The notes below the pieces were generated by a model. The model saw only the letters and a program-made list of their open reading frames with translations. It did not search any database and was not told where the DNA came from. This document shows positions 40,060 through 52,471 of a stretch of DNA of 64,000 nt, in pieces (position 1 is the first letter of the stretch; each line of letters opens with the position of its first letter). The position numbers and the translations under genes were made by a program. This DNA is from Hydrolagus colliei (taxonomy: Eukaryota): NCBI GenBank assembly GCA_035084275.1, contig CM068749.1:17422001-17486000 (forward strand). Direction: 5' to 3'.

Positions 40060-41055
40060 GCAGGTGTGTTGAGAAGGTGGCGGGGGCTGGGGAGGCGGGA
40101 GGGGAGGAGAGGGCATTAGTTTGAACAAGTTTAGTTGGGAAACAATCAATGCGCAGCTCGGATCAATAAGGCGGGCCGCCACTCATTAGCTCTCTCGTTC
40201 ACCTTGTCAATCTCGAACTCTCCTCGTTCACAACCGTGTCTTCTGGGGTCCGAGCGTGTGGTCATTTTTTTTTTGCAAAGTCTTTAAATTGCCTAAACCA
40301 TCCACTCCGTTTGAACTCCCCGCTGCTGCTGTTGTTGTTGCTGCCGCCGGCGGCGGGTGAGATTATTTGATGATTTTGATCACAAACATTGCAAATCCTC
40401 GTTCTGTTTTTGTTTCGCGGAGAGAAAAAAAAATGGGAAGTTTCCTGCGATTGTCCATCAGCCCCAAATACCTGGATGATTCATGGGGGCGGACCTGATA
40501 GGTAATGGCTCGGCCTGTGAATCATTGCTGTTACTCTGGCCATAAATTTCCGACATTTCCATGTGGATTGCTGGAGTGTCATTAAGGGCTATCCTGCCTG
40601 ATATTTACCCCCTCGTGTCGTGAATTACAGTCAATAATTCACTCCCAAACATATGGCGATAACATCACGGAGCTCGAAGCTGCGGTGTGATTTACAGTAA
40701 TCCTTCCCACGCGATCTCGTCGATGACCGAAAGACTATCTGTTTGGCGGGTCTGAGTTTCTTAACAGAATAACAGACCGATTTATAAAGCTCAAGCTCTC
40801 GGAATTCACAACAAAACCGTGGCATCTGGGATGTGTTACCAAAAAACAAATATATTTATCAAAAACAATTCTCTCCTTAAAACTACAGAGATTCTCCTGG
40901 AAGCCTTTATTATGAAATGTAACTGAAGTGATTGAGAGTTGGGGGTTTTAAGTTCCACGTTAAGTTTTCCTGCTGCTCAAATCACACAGCGCCCTGTAAT
41001 GTTACTGCACCATTACACAAATTACAGCCAGTCAGAAGACTGGTCAAACAAGGAT

Positions 41056-41086
<31 letters not shown>

Positions 41087-41230
41087 TTGTGTACACATTG
41101 GACATTTGATGCCGTTAAAGGAAAGTGCGATGCGTCTGATTTCTTACACTGAACTTCCAAGATACGGTGATGCGAGATATTCTGTTAGTCTATAATTACA
41201 GCGAATCACATCTGATCTGCTTCAATTCAA
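40060..41230. promoter_or_regulatory. CpG-enriched, motif-dense regulatory block (enhancer or distal promoter)
   Basis: Abrupt rise in CpG, G-tracts, GGCGGG, and many TAAT/CCATAAA/ACAAT motifs, with no TEs. Confidence 0.5.
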
Positions 41231-44200
41231 ACCCATATCACGTCAAACTTTTTCTCTCTCTCTCTCTCTCTCGCTTGATTGAATCCCAAGGGGGAAGGGG
41301 AGTAAAAAGAAACCGAATAAGGTAGAATGTATCTCAACAATCATTCAGATTGTAATATATATATATATATATACACAGTATATAAAAAACATGTCAGTCT
41401 GAAATAGCACCTGGCTTATCGTGTCATTTTGAAACATGCCGTAGCCCTGATGATCTACTTAACGGATGGGTGTGTATAATTCAATTAAAAAGTAATACAG
41501 TTTAGTGCAAAATGATTGATGTTCTATGGTTAAGACGTGTTCGTGCAGAATTAATTTTTTTGTTAAAACCTTCCCAAACACTTCGGACGGACACGTGGGC
41601 CAAGGTGTGGTTGGAGAATAAATAATTGAGCTGCACAGTCCTTGCCTCACTGAAATAACAGGACTTGGGAGAAGCAAAGTATTGTCACCACATGGAACGC
41701 TATAGAATAATTGGCTGCACACAGACAGACAGACACAGACACAGACAGACAATACAGACTTTCCAGAGAAAGTGGGAGAGATCAAAGTGCCCATGTATCC
41801 ATGTACTCGTAAAGTATCTTTAGTCAACTTTCATAAGGAGTAACATTCCCGCGAGTTAATATCACACAACCAGTCATTACACAAACCTCGTAAAAGAGTT
41901 TTACTGTTTGTGTTTTCTCTGTGTTTTTTTTAAAAAAAAGGGCTAATACGAATAATTACATTTTTTAAATACATATCTGCGCACATTTTGCCACAAATAA
42001 TACAATATGGGTTATCCCCCCCCCCCCCCCCCTTACTGGTTTAGAAAAGGGGGAGGGGGATTCCGTGCAGAAATGTAGCCCTTATAGGCTCACAAAATAA
42101 ACGACCTCCTGACTTCACTGGTGTATGTGTAACACCAAAAAAAAACATGTTATTTATGAAGAGGAGGATTGAGTAGAACGAGGAAATAAAGCCTCCAACT
42201 AAGTGACCTCTAGGAAAATTTATCTTCCAACAAGTAATAAGTCACAGGGGATGTGAAGTGTGGAGCCATACGATCGCTGTCTAGGTAGACTACATCTCTG
42301 TGTTCAGTCCACACTGTGTTCAGTCCGTATTACAGTCGAGTATGTGTTAAATTATCTTCTGACTTGGAAGCATCGGTTGCTCTGGGGGCTTTAGGGACTT
42401 TTTATTGCGGAAACAGTTCAGGAGAGATTCGAGTGCATCATATGATCCCCTCGACAAATTGATTTCGGCCACAATTGTTAACGAAATTTCGGAAAAGAGC
42501 CCTGATGTAATTAGAGGCCGAACAATCTGTGTGCAGTCAAACTTTTTATTTTGTCTCAGGAGTCTGAGCGTGTGAGGAGAACATTTTCAGCTGGGATGTT
42601 TGCCTGTGCAATTCCACATGATCTGAAAAGGCCCTAATACACCACATGTAAGGATTATTATAGTATTATGCCCCCTACCCACCCCGGGTTATTATCTCGC
42701 TGTTATGTGTGTGGTGGAGTAATTCCCCTATAGCCCTCCCAAGAGTGTTACATCCCCTCCAACTCTATACACCCCAATCGACACGACCCTATCTGGTAGT
42801 GGTCTCCCTGGTACAGGGACACCATGGAAGAAAAGCTCTGTCTCTCCCACCCAGAAACAGAGAAAGACAAATAGACAGAGATATAAAGAAATGGGGGGGG
42901 GGGGGGGGGGTCATGAGTCTAGATTGAGTCTAGATGTACTCCCATTTATTTTAGCGTTGAAGGACATCCAGAATTTGATTTCATTTTGAAACTGGTTTTC
43001 TATAAATTGTTTGAAGGGCTACGGAAAACCAGCTTCGAAGTTAAGACTTGAATTTAACAATTTGCTAAATTCTGCCCCCCCTCCCTCGCAAACACTAGGA
43101 AAATAGAGTAAATCTAGGCATAGGTGGAATTGTTACCAGAGAAAGAACCCATTTTCTTCACATTCATTTGTCTTCACTATCTCCCACTGCATTATTTTAC
43201 TGCAGTTTATGGGAATACTTGTGGGGTTTTGGGGGTCCTTTTTAAACTTTTATTTTTGGTGCATTCTAAGAGCGTTTAACCTCAGGGGAATAAAGTTCCA
43301 AAGTTGGCTTGAAAAGGAATGGCAACTTTTAATGTTCCAATGACAACTTCGTTTTCAAACTCCTACCCCATTGTATGATGTGGTGCAATGTGCACATCAC
43401 ACTGTGTTAGAGGTTGTCATTCATGGTGAGCGACTAGTGGCAGCTCAACCACCAGTCCATGTAGTTCTGCTGTAGAGAGAGTCTTATCAGGACTGAGAGC
43501 CTGGCAAGTTTGGGGCTCGACCCCGTGATGACTTCGCAAGCTGTCACTGCCTATTAGGGGTGATTTTAACTCCCTAGAGAGCAGCTGATGTATGTATGTA
43601 TGTATGTGTGTGCATATGTGTGGGGGGACTGGACACACAAACGTTTTGGCCAATATGTCAGCCAACTATTTGCAGTAAACCAGGAATGTGGGCGGATATT
43701 AAAAAGAACATCTTTTTGATTCGATCCGAGTTTGTACCAACAGTACAGCAATTCTCCCCAAACGGGGCAAATTGATATAGCTCTTGGGTCCATATGGAAT
43801 GGACTCAGTTTGTATGTATGTGTGTGTTGTGTTGGGGGGGGGGCACCTCAGTGGAATGTACTATCAGTTCCCAGCCGCATATTTGTTTCACCAGCTTGTT
43901 CATATTGGAGTCCAGGGGAGGCCTGTCAAGGCAGTCCCCAAGGTCTAGTTCCATCCATTGTGTGCTTGTTAATCGTTTCATTTCCTCAGCACCTTTTTTC
44001 TTTAACCTATTTTGAACTTTCAGCAGGTCCTCCCCCCACCCCCCTCCCCCCTCCCCCCTCCATCCCAAACAAAAACAAATGAGGAAGAAAAGCCCCTTCA
44101 GCCCCTTCACATTCCACTGGAGTTGTGTGTGTGTTCATTTAGCCAGGTGTCAGAGATCCGAGAGGTCAAGACATAACCTCAGTATGCCCGCCCTTGCTTT

Positions 44201-45377
44201 AATCTGTTGCATGTTGAGACTGTTGTGTTTTGTTGCTTCACAAATAGACCCCCACCTTCCACTTTTGACCCCCCCCCCCCCCCCCCCCCCCCACCCCCCC
44301 CCTTTCTCTTTCACACACACACATATACGAAGAGGGCGCTCTCCTCCTCCCCCACAACCCCATTATCTCTCTCTCTCTCTCCCCCTCCTCAACCTCCCAT
44401 CCCCCAGGCTATTTGTTTGTTGATTTGGAGCAAATAGGTATTGAGTAAGGATGTAATATCATCATGAGTCAAGATTGCTGGTGTCATTATGGACGAGGGG
44501 AGGATAGGTTTTGTTGCTGTGAGTGAGATGGAGGCCAAGTGATCTGTCGAGGTCCCAAATGTTTAATCTGTGGGTGATGGAAGGTGCGGTTGTGGTTGAG
44601 CTGGGATTCGGTTTGAAGCCAAGGACGTTGAGAAACATAATTGCTCTGTGTCTGGCTCCTTTTTTTAACAAAAAATCTGTGCGTTTTGCGCTGTGGTACA
44701 GTTCATCTCGGCAAACCAGAGTGACGGTGAAATTGGGTTTGAAGGCTTGATCTGTGCTAATTCCATTAATCTGCTCACTGTGAGAATCCCGTTCTTCTCT
44801 CCCACCCCCACCTCCCCAACACACACACACACACACACACAACCCCCTGCGCTGTACAACAGAACATCTGTGTATCAGTCACTGCATTTCATATTTTATA
44901 GGGAGAAAAAACAAGCACTAAATTTCAATTAAATTTTTCCTAATTGGTTCCATCTGAGAAATAACTATTTGTTTGTGGGGAAATGAAATTGGCATTCACG
45001 AGCCTGGATAATCTTTAACCGTTTTCTTTTAACTACGCAGAAGCAGTTGGATAAAATGAGCAATCGCATGATGTTTTAATATTTTGCCTGAAGAGAATGC
45101 ACTAATTTGCTCTTAAGTTTAATGCGTTTAAATAAGTTTTTAAATATATCTATATATAGATATATATATATACTAAAATGCAGTCATTGGCAGGCAAATG
45201 TTTATACGATCTTAATCGGAGACTCAATTGATTTCCACTGAGCGATTGTAGGATTTTTCCAGCAACAATCTCGCCTCCCCATCTCCCCCAAATAAAGTGT
45301 ATTTCAGTCCGAAGATCTACAGATACACACGTCGCAGGAATACAACTAAATAAGGATTGAAGTCAATACTGCTCTTC

Positions 45378-45442
45378 CAGCGCCCTGGGACGTCCTTCTG
45401 ACTTGAAAGGCGCCACAAGAGTGAAATCGTGTTGTTCTTGTT
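45378..45442 (+). mobile_element. SINE tail fragment
   Basis: CAGCGCCCTGGGACGTCCTTCTGACTTGAAAGGCGCC...TGTTGTTCTTGTT. Confidence 0.65.
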
Positions 45443-48400
45443 ATCACGCAATCTCAAGGCCAGCAAATGCACTTGGGGTCTCAAAGTGTCTCAATACAAT
45501 GGACATCTTTTCAGTCCTTTTAAGTTTGCATCTTATACTTTTGCACATTCAGTGAAGATCGCATTATGTTATGTGTGCAGAGGCGGGGACAATGCTGTAA
45601 TATACAGACCCTGAGTGAGTAAGTCATTACGTGGCTGATTACAATGTACTTAGGAAATCATTGACAAATTCATTGTCATCTCGAGTGTCCCAAGCTGCGA
45701 GCTGGAGTCTAACGTCCCCTTTGTGTCACTTCTCCTCGTAGGAACCCCCGATGGTAGGAAACTGAATAAACCAAGTTTGTCTCGGTGCCAGAATCCATGG
45801 AATGAATCGTTGTTGTTAAAAAGTTTCAGGCCCGTGTATTCTGAGCTGTGCTGCCCTGTACTATAAAGATACCGAGAGAGTGGTAATCCCTGCCATCTCA
45901 AACCTTAGTGAGTCTGACAAGTGTGGGGATGAGAATCGGAATGAGGGGAGGACAGGGAGAGAGAGAGAGATCAATACTTGTCCCAATGGGAAGGATCAAA
46001 TCTGATGGGGGGTCTGGGGGGTGTTGTTGCAAACGGCCAGATCACAATGATGGAAGATCATGTTCGAACCACAGTAGCTTTCTGATTCCCGACCCACTGT
46101 GCATGTCCAATTACGCATAAAGACATCGGAAAAGACTTGAGACCAGGTTTATTTGTGTTGCCTTAGATCATCGCAGTGCAGATTATATACCGTGTTGTTA
46201 ATAGGTGTGTGGTTTTTTTTCCGCCGGAAAGGTTAATAACAACAATAATAATAATAATGATTCGCCGGTATTTGTTGGACCTGTTTCTCAGACGATATTA
46301 TTATTAATTTTTAATGACGATGAAAAATAGGAGAACAAAAGTGATCGCAGGTTGAAGTGTATTGCAAGGAATAGTGCTGACTGACCAGCAGGAGTCGCTC
46401 TAGTTGCACAAGGATCTGCAGGTAGCATCTTCATTCCTTTGGAAATGGACAACAGGACCAGGCAACGTTCACTGTAAACATCATTTCCCTATCGAGGACA
46501 ACTTCTTTATTGGGGCATTTGTTTTCGGTGGTGGTGGGTGGGTTGGGGGTGGGAGGGGGACAGGAACCTTGATTATTAAAGTCCATTTAGATATGAGCAA
46601 CCAGCAACAAATGATCGACACATAATTCACAAATACTGTAGTAATAAGTGGACGATGCATCAAAATAAAAGAGGTCAGTGGGTGTAAGTTCACTCGGGAG
46701 TTAGAAAACCAACACCTGAAAGTATATATATTTTATACAGTACCCACACACACAGACATAGGGGGATCTCTAGATTGCACGTTCAAACCCCAACGAACTC
46801 CCTCCAGTTGTTCTATATTAACTTGTCGGGTGATTGGGTAAATTTACGAGTTCCCCCTTGTGCTGCATTCTTTTACTATATTCTCAGGCACTCGGTTGTA
46901 GAAGTAAGTCAGATCTGAAATATCTGATCATTTTGTGGATATCATTAATTCATGTGTTTTTTTAAGCTGTGGTTTGCTGGATGAATTCATCACTTAGTGG
47001 AGTGTGTGAGTGAGGTGGCTGGAGGGATGGGGGTGAGAGGGAGGGAGAGAGAGAGAGGAGGGGGTTGTAGGTGAGGAACATTTCACACTGCTCACCCAAG
47101 GAATCTGCAGAAGATGGGGTTGTTTATTCCATGCTACTGAAACACAGGTAATTTTGTGTGTTGCCATATGTTGTTGATTTGCATTTTATCATATGAAACT
47201 TCTATTAAAACCCTCGTGGGACTTTTTAAATGGAACACATTTTGCATATAAACTTCTAAACAAAAGGAATCAGAACCAGCCAGCGCCTGAACGAAGCGCC
47301 GCACATCTGGGATTGCAGAAAACTTTGCAAACATCCCCCCAGTAAAAACACGCACAGCGGACTCAAAGCAAATAAAATCACCACGTGACCAGCATTGGGG
47401 AATCACTGAGTATTTTTCATGCAAAAATATTGGATGAATCATAATAGATAACATATTGAAGGATTTTTTTTCACCGAATGAATGAGCAAGATTAAATGTG
47501 TGGGTGGAAACGTATCAAAATGTAAATACCCAGTCAGGCCCTGACATTTATCAACTGAAACCTAGCGTTGCTAATAATCGCGGACTTTTTTTCTGATGTC
47601 GGAATTGTTTCTGCAGTAATTGTTAATGTATTTGTGTTTGGTTTGTTTGTATGGACTAATGCATTCGAATTCATTCCCATTGCTGACTGCGACTCTCCAC
47701 AAACAGGAGCCCCCCCCCCCCACCCCCCCCGGTGTAGAACAATGAAACACTCTGAGGCTAAATTAAACTCTGTGTATGTCCGGGGGATTTACAATGGACC
47801 TCAATCAAAACCCATCCTTTGTCCTGGCCCGGAATATAATGAACATCTAAAGCACCACTTGAAAGTACGCGTCTGAAGAAATGATTAATTAGATTAAAAC
47901 AATGGAAGAATGTACAGAGGCACTGGCGAGAGCCTGTGGGGGTGTGGGGGGGGGGGGGGGACACACGATCCCCTTTCCTGAGAACTTGCTAACCCCCCAC
48001 GCCCCCCCCCCCTGATTATACCTGAAGCCAAAATCCATTAAAAAAAAAGCCACATCAGATTCCCCATCCATCAAAATTTATATGCAGTCATGTCTTCACA
48101 GGCCCAGCATGCAACACAGTTTAAGTCCACATAGGTCCAGCGCCTATCTCCCAGTCCCCCATTTTCGCCAGTCATTTGTTGTCAACGCGAAGATTGACTG
48201 TGAGGATTCCCGCTGTTCATGGTAAGAAAAGGAGGTTTGCATTACAGACTACTTCAGGGGTTGAAGGGGGAGGGGGGGGGGAGGAGGAAAAGAAAGCCTT
48301 CCCCGCCTGGAAGGAGGGGGGTGGGTTGTGTAGCTGACAACTGTATTGTTTTCTCTGCACTACTCAATTCAGGCTTCAAGATGTATTATATAGATGTTTC

Positions 48401-49076
48401 CACTTCTGAGTGACCCGGGTCTCTGGTAGAAACAAAAAGCTGAGTTTGAGAGAAGAAGCGGTTGCCTATATTACTGGTGCAGTTTGTGGTTTCTGATGAT
48501 TTAGCTCCGATGACTTCGGCGATGTTTTGAAGAAGAATCCAAATCACCTACGAAATCCATATGTGCCGCAGTCACACATGGCCAAGATAACCACAGCGTT
48601 TGGACCTGGGAGTCTCTCGTTCGGCAGGATTCAATGCTGCGGATTTGGAATGCAAAACAAAACACAGGCAATCGTTCATTCAAACAAAATCTCAAAAGAT
48701 ACACCTGATATGTGTTCGTGGTGATTTTTGAATTTGTTTTAACCTCACCTGATCGTAAGTTCGAATAATCGCCTCTGAGCTTGCTTTAAAATAAATGCAG
48801 ACCTCAAGATAATAATAACTAATCATCATTATTATTATTATTATTATTATTAGACCACACGATGTACAAAAAAGCTTGATCTTTCAGAAATCGCAGTGTC
48901 AATTCACCCACAATACGATTTTACAACCTCCCTTGTGCTTTAGGAGGCAGCGACCGCCTCACGATGCATGTGAACCGACTGAAACTTGTAGCTGTCACTT
49001 GGCCACTACTTGATGAGTGGGAGCATTCAACAGTTTGTGGATTTCCTTACAGGTGAAATGCTATCACGTGACTGCA

Positions 49077-49109
<33 letters not shown>

Positions 49110-49369
49110 GAGAGAAAATACCAACACATTGAACAAGAAAGTGATGTACAGTACTGTACTTAACTGCACCTACATTTTCTAGCATTCTGATCTGTACAGT
49201 CTCTGGGCTTAGCTCATTTCAATTTGCAAATTGAAAAGCCAACACGCACACACACACACACAGAGAGAGAAGTCCCACAAATACCGGGCTGCAAAAGGCA
49301 ACTGTCGTCTCTGTTTATTTGTATGGACTGCATTATTTTGTCGTTACCATTCTCACCGTAAACACTGCA

Positions 49370-49442
49370 AACTGATTGATTGACTGATTGATCGATCGGT
49401 TGGTTGATTGATTGGTTGGTTGGTTGATGGATGGATTGATTT
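49370..49442. repeat. Compound tetranucleotide microsatellite
   Basis: (GATT)n/(GGTT)n/(GGAT)n. Confidence 0.9.
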
Positions 49443-50689
49443 CAGGATATCTAAACCTCGCTGGATTGCCTCTGCTCTAGGTGTACTAGAACATTGCCCA
49501 CCAAGCACACCGGAGGGCTGCTCACATAAATCTGCATCAGTAAATTAAACTGGTCGCCACACCCATCCTTCAGGTGAATTCAGTGTGATTGCTCTTGCCA
49601 GTCGTCAGGTTAAAGTGGAGTTAGGGATTTTGTTGTAAATCGTGCAACACACTGACTCGTGTAGTTCCTTTTAGTTTGCTCTCTGATTGAAACATAAGTG
49701 GTGAAATCTATAAGGCGGCCCTTTTAAAATTGTACATTAACCAGAGAGGCTGGAGGCAGAGGCTACTAGCATTGTGTACGACTTTTTTTTTGTTTGTTAA
49801 TGAAGAATCCCAATTAAAAAGTCACAACTTAAACACGACTCTAATGGGGCGTTATATATATATATATATATACACACTGTATATGATGAATCTTGATTTA
49901 ATTTACACTATCACTGATTTCAATGTAGTGTATATTGGAGGACACACTTATCACCCAGTTTCAAGTTTAAATCGCTGTGCAGAAAGACAGTGAACGTGTA
50001 CATGTAAAAGAGTAACAGGTACGGAAAATAAGGCAACCTTTTAAATAAACAACGAACGACAAAATTTGAGACGTCCTTCTGACTTTTATTGATCGAGAGC
50101 TTGGAGAGAGAGGACAGTGTGATCTTTGCAAACAGGGCATTAGAAATCATTCCACCTCATCAATGCTTCATGCTCTGCAAACTGATGGAACGACTGATCA
50201 GTTAACCGGTCAGATGTGTCCAGCAAATTAATATGACGTCGTTTATTTGCAGGAAATTATTACTGAAAGTCCTGACTTGGCGATTTACTTTTTCGCGATG
50301 ACTGTGATAACAGAAATATCCTCTCCAATCACTAACTAGCAAACACCAGCACTCCACACCAGAACGTAACCTAAACACACTATATACTCCTTGAGGAACT
50401 ATGGATCAATTTAATGCACCTCCTTGTTTAATTGCCCCCCCCCCCCCCCGCTCACCTCCACTGTTTCTCCTTCAATATACACATGTCCCACGCTTTCAAT
50501 AAGTGTTTTCACTTCCCCTAAACAACCCTCAGTTGAAAAAAAAATCCGATCTACTGCAATAACGTCGAGTCTACACAGCAATGAAATAAGGTGCTGGCTT
50601 TTTTTTGTGGAGGGAGCAGGGGGAGGGGGTGAATGTGTGTGGGGGGGGGGGGGGGTGGGGGAGAGAGAGGGAGTGAGAGAGGGAGAGAG

Positions 50690-51000
50690 ACGTGTGCAGT
50701 TTACATGCAATTGGCAATTTCACGTTTTTGCACTGACACTACACACACAGACACAGACAGACACAGTGAGTGTGAGTGAGTGAGAGGGGCTGCGAATGTG
50801 TTTTGCTTCTCTGGCTTTCCGAGGTGATGGCGATAGGTTGGTTTTGTTATTCCGCCGGAATTCAAGGCGAGCGATAGGTTGGCTTCTGGGCTGACGTGCT
50901 GTCCTCCCAAGGAGGTGTGTTGGTGGATTTACTGTCACTAACACATGTAGCTTCAGCAGCGAAAGCGATCGGCCACGTTCAAACACACACTCAAGCCATC
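50690..51000 (+). promoter_or_regulatory. Probable LMO4 proximal promoter
   Basis: CpG-rich, with a TGACGT half-CRE and duplicated GCGATAGGTTGG, immediately upstream of the candidate first exon. Confidence 0.5.
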
Positions 51001-51145
51001 NNNNNNNNNNNNNNNNNNNNNNNNNNNNNNNNNNNNNNNNNNNNNNNNNNNNNNNNNNNNNNNNNNNNNNNNNNNNNNNNNNNNNNNNNNNNNNNNNNNN
51101 NNNNNNNNNNNNNNNNNNNNNNNNNNNNNNNNNNNNNNNNNNNNN
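51001..51145. other. Assembly gap (145 N)
   Basis: Run of N. Confidence 1.
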
Positions 51146-51650
51146 CACCCGTCTTGATTTACAGAAACTAGTCAGCCTTGCGAAGGTTCCCATGCCGAAC
51201 GTGCGAGAGAAGTTAACAAGTGGAGACATATAAAGAGGAAAGAAAAAGACGAGGATTGGCTCAATTCTCGTTCGTCGTTGTAAAACTGAGACCATCCTGC
51301 GCTATTTATTTACCTCTAGCGGACTGATTTTTTTCCCCCCGAACAAAATTATATACTGTACATGTTTTTTTGAGTGGGGGGGGGTTATTTTTTTTAACAA
51401 AAATTATTTATATTAATACACAAAAATCGTCAGGGGAGGAGAGAGAAAAACACACACACACATACACACAACGGCTCTGCAACAACACAACTGTGAAGGA
51501 GACTCGATTGGATTCTTTTTCAATCGCTGAAATCCGGACCCGTCTCTCAAGATCATCGGAAAAGATCTGATAAGCAGCCAGTCGCTTTTTAAAAACAAAT
51601 TTTTTACGAAGAAAGAAAAACGATATATCCATTCGAGCGGAGAGAAACAG
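51146..51650 (+). other. LMO4: Candidate LMO4 non-coding first exon (5' end probably in or before the gap)
   Basis: CpG-rich, ends at a strong donor CAG|GTAAGA, ~1.8 kb upstream of the ATG exon. Vertebrate LMO4 has a non-coding exon 1. Confidence 0.6.
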
Positions 51651-51832
51651 GTAAGATTGCAGTTGCCTTCGATTTTTATGTATGTATATGTGTGTGTGTG
51701 TGTGAGTATATAGATATATTTGTCTACACACACACAATTTTCTCGCCCGTCCTAAAAGGTTCTCTTCGATGCGGGTTGTGAAATGCTCGGTGTCCCAGCT
51801 GGGTTTGCCTGAAGACTTGAGTGGTTGTATGT

Positions 51833-52380
51833 GCTCTCCTCTCCCACTCTCCTCTCCCCTGCCCTCCCTTCTACCCCTCCTCTCTCCCCCCCTGCTCTCC
51901 CTTCTCCGCCCTGCTCTCCCTTCTCCCCCCTGCTCTCCCTTCTCCCCCCTCCTCTCCCCTGCTCTCCCTTCTCCCCCTCCTCTCCCCTGCTCTCCCTTCT
52001 CCCCCTCCTCTCCCCTGCTCTTCCTTCTCCCCCCTGCTCTCCCTTCTCCCCCCTGCTCTCCCTTCTCCCCCCTGCTCCCCCCTCCTCTCCCTGCTCCCCC
52101 CCCCTCTCCCTGCTCCCCCCTCCTCTCCCTGCTCCCCCCTCCTCTCCCCTGTTCTCCCTTCTCCCCCCCCTCTCCCTTCTCTCCCCCACCTCTCCCTTCT
52201 CCCCCCCACCTCTCCCTTCTCCCCTGCTCCCCCTCCTCTCCCTTCTCCCCTGCTCCCCCCTCCTCTCCCTTCTCCCCCCTCCTCTCCCTTCTCCCCCCTC
52301 CTCTCCCCTGCTCTCCCTTCTCCCCCTCCTCTCCCTTCTCCTCGCTTTCTTCCCCCCTCTCCCCCCTCTCCTCTCTGCCT
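51833..52380. repeat. Polypyrimidine minisatellite (units such as CTGCTCTCCCTTCTCCCCC / CTCCTCTCCC)
   Basis: About 550 bp of almost pure C/T on the + strand. Confidence 0.95.
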
Positions 52381-52471
52381 TGCAGCTGCCTGGCCCCCCG
52401 CCCCCTCCTTGCTTTCTGTCTCACTGACTCTAGCCGAGCCCCGCAGTTTGCAGCGCCATGTCATTACCGGA
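52381..52471 (+). other. LMO4: Candidate alternative LMO4 5' exon
   Basis: GC box CCCCGCCCC, a complex CpG-rich island within low-complexity DNA, and donor GGA|GTAAGC. Confidence 0.4.

Noticed and set aside
42298-42330. Short tandem duplications (also 6881-6906, 27361-27388, 35943-35970, 42915-42935)
   Set aside because: Ordinary slippage duplications with no higher-order pattern
50720-51295. 191-aa minus-strand ORF
   Set aside because: Open only because it spans the N gap
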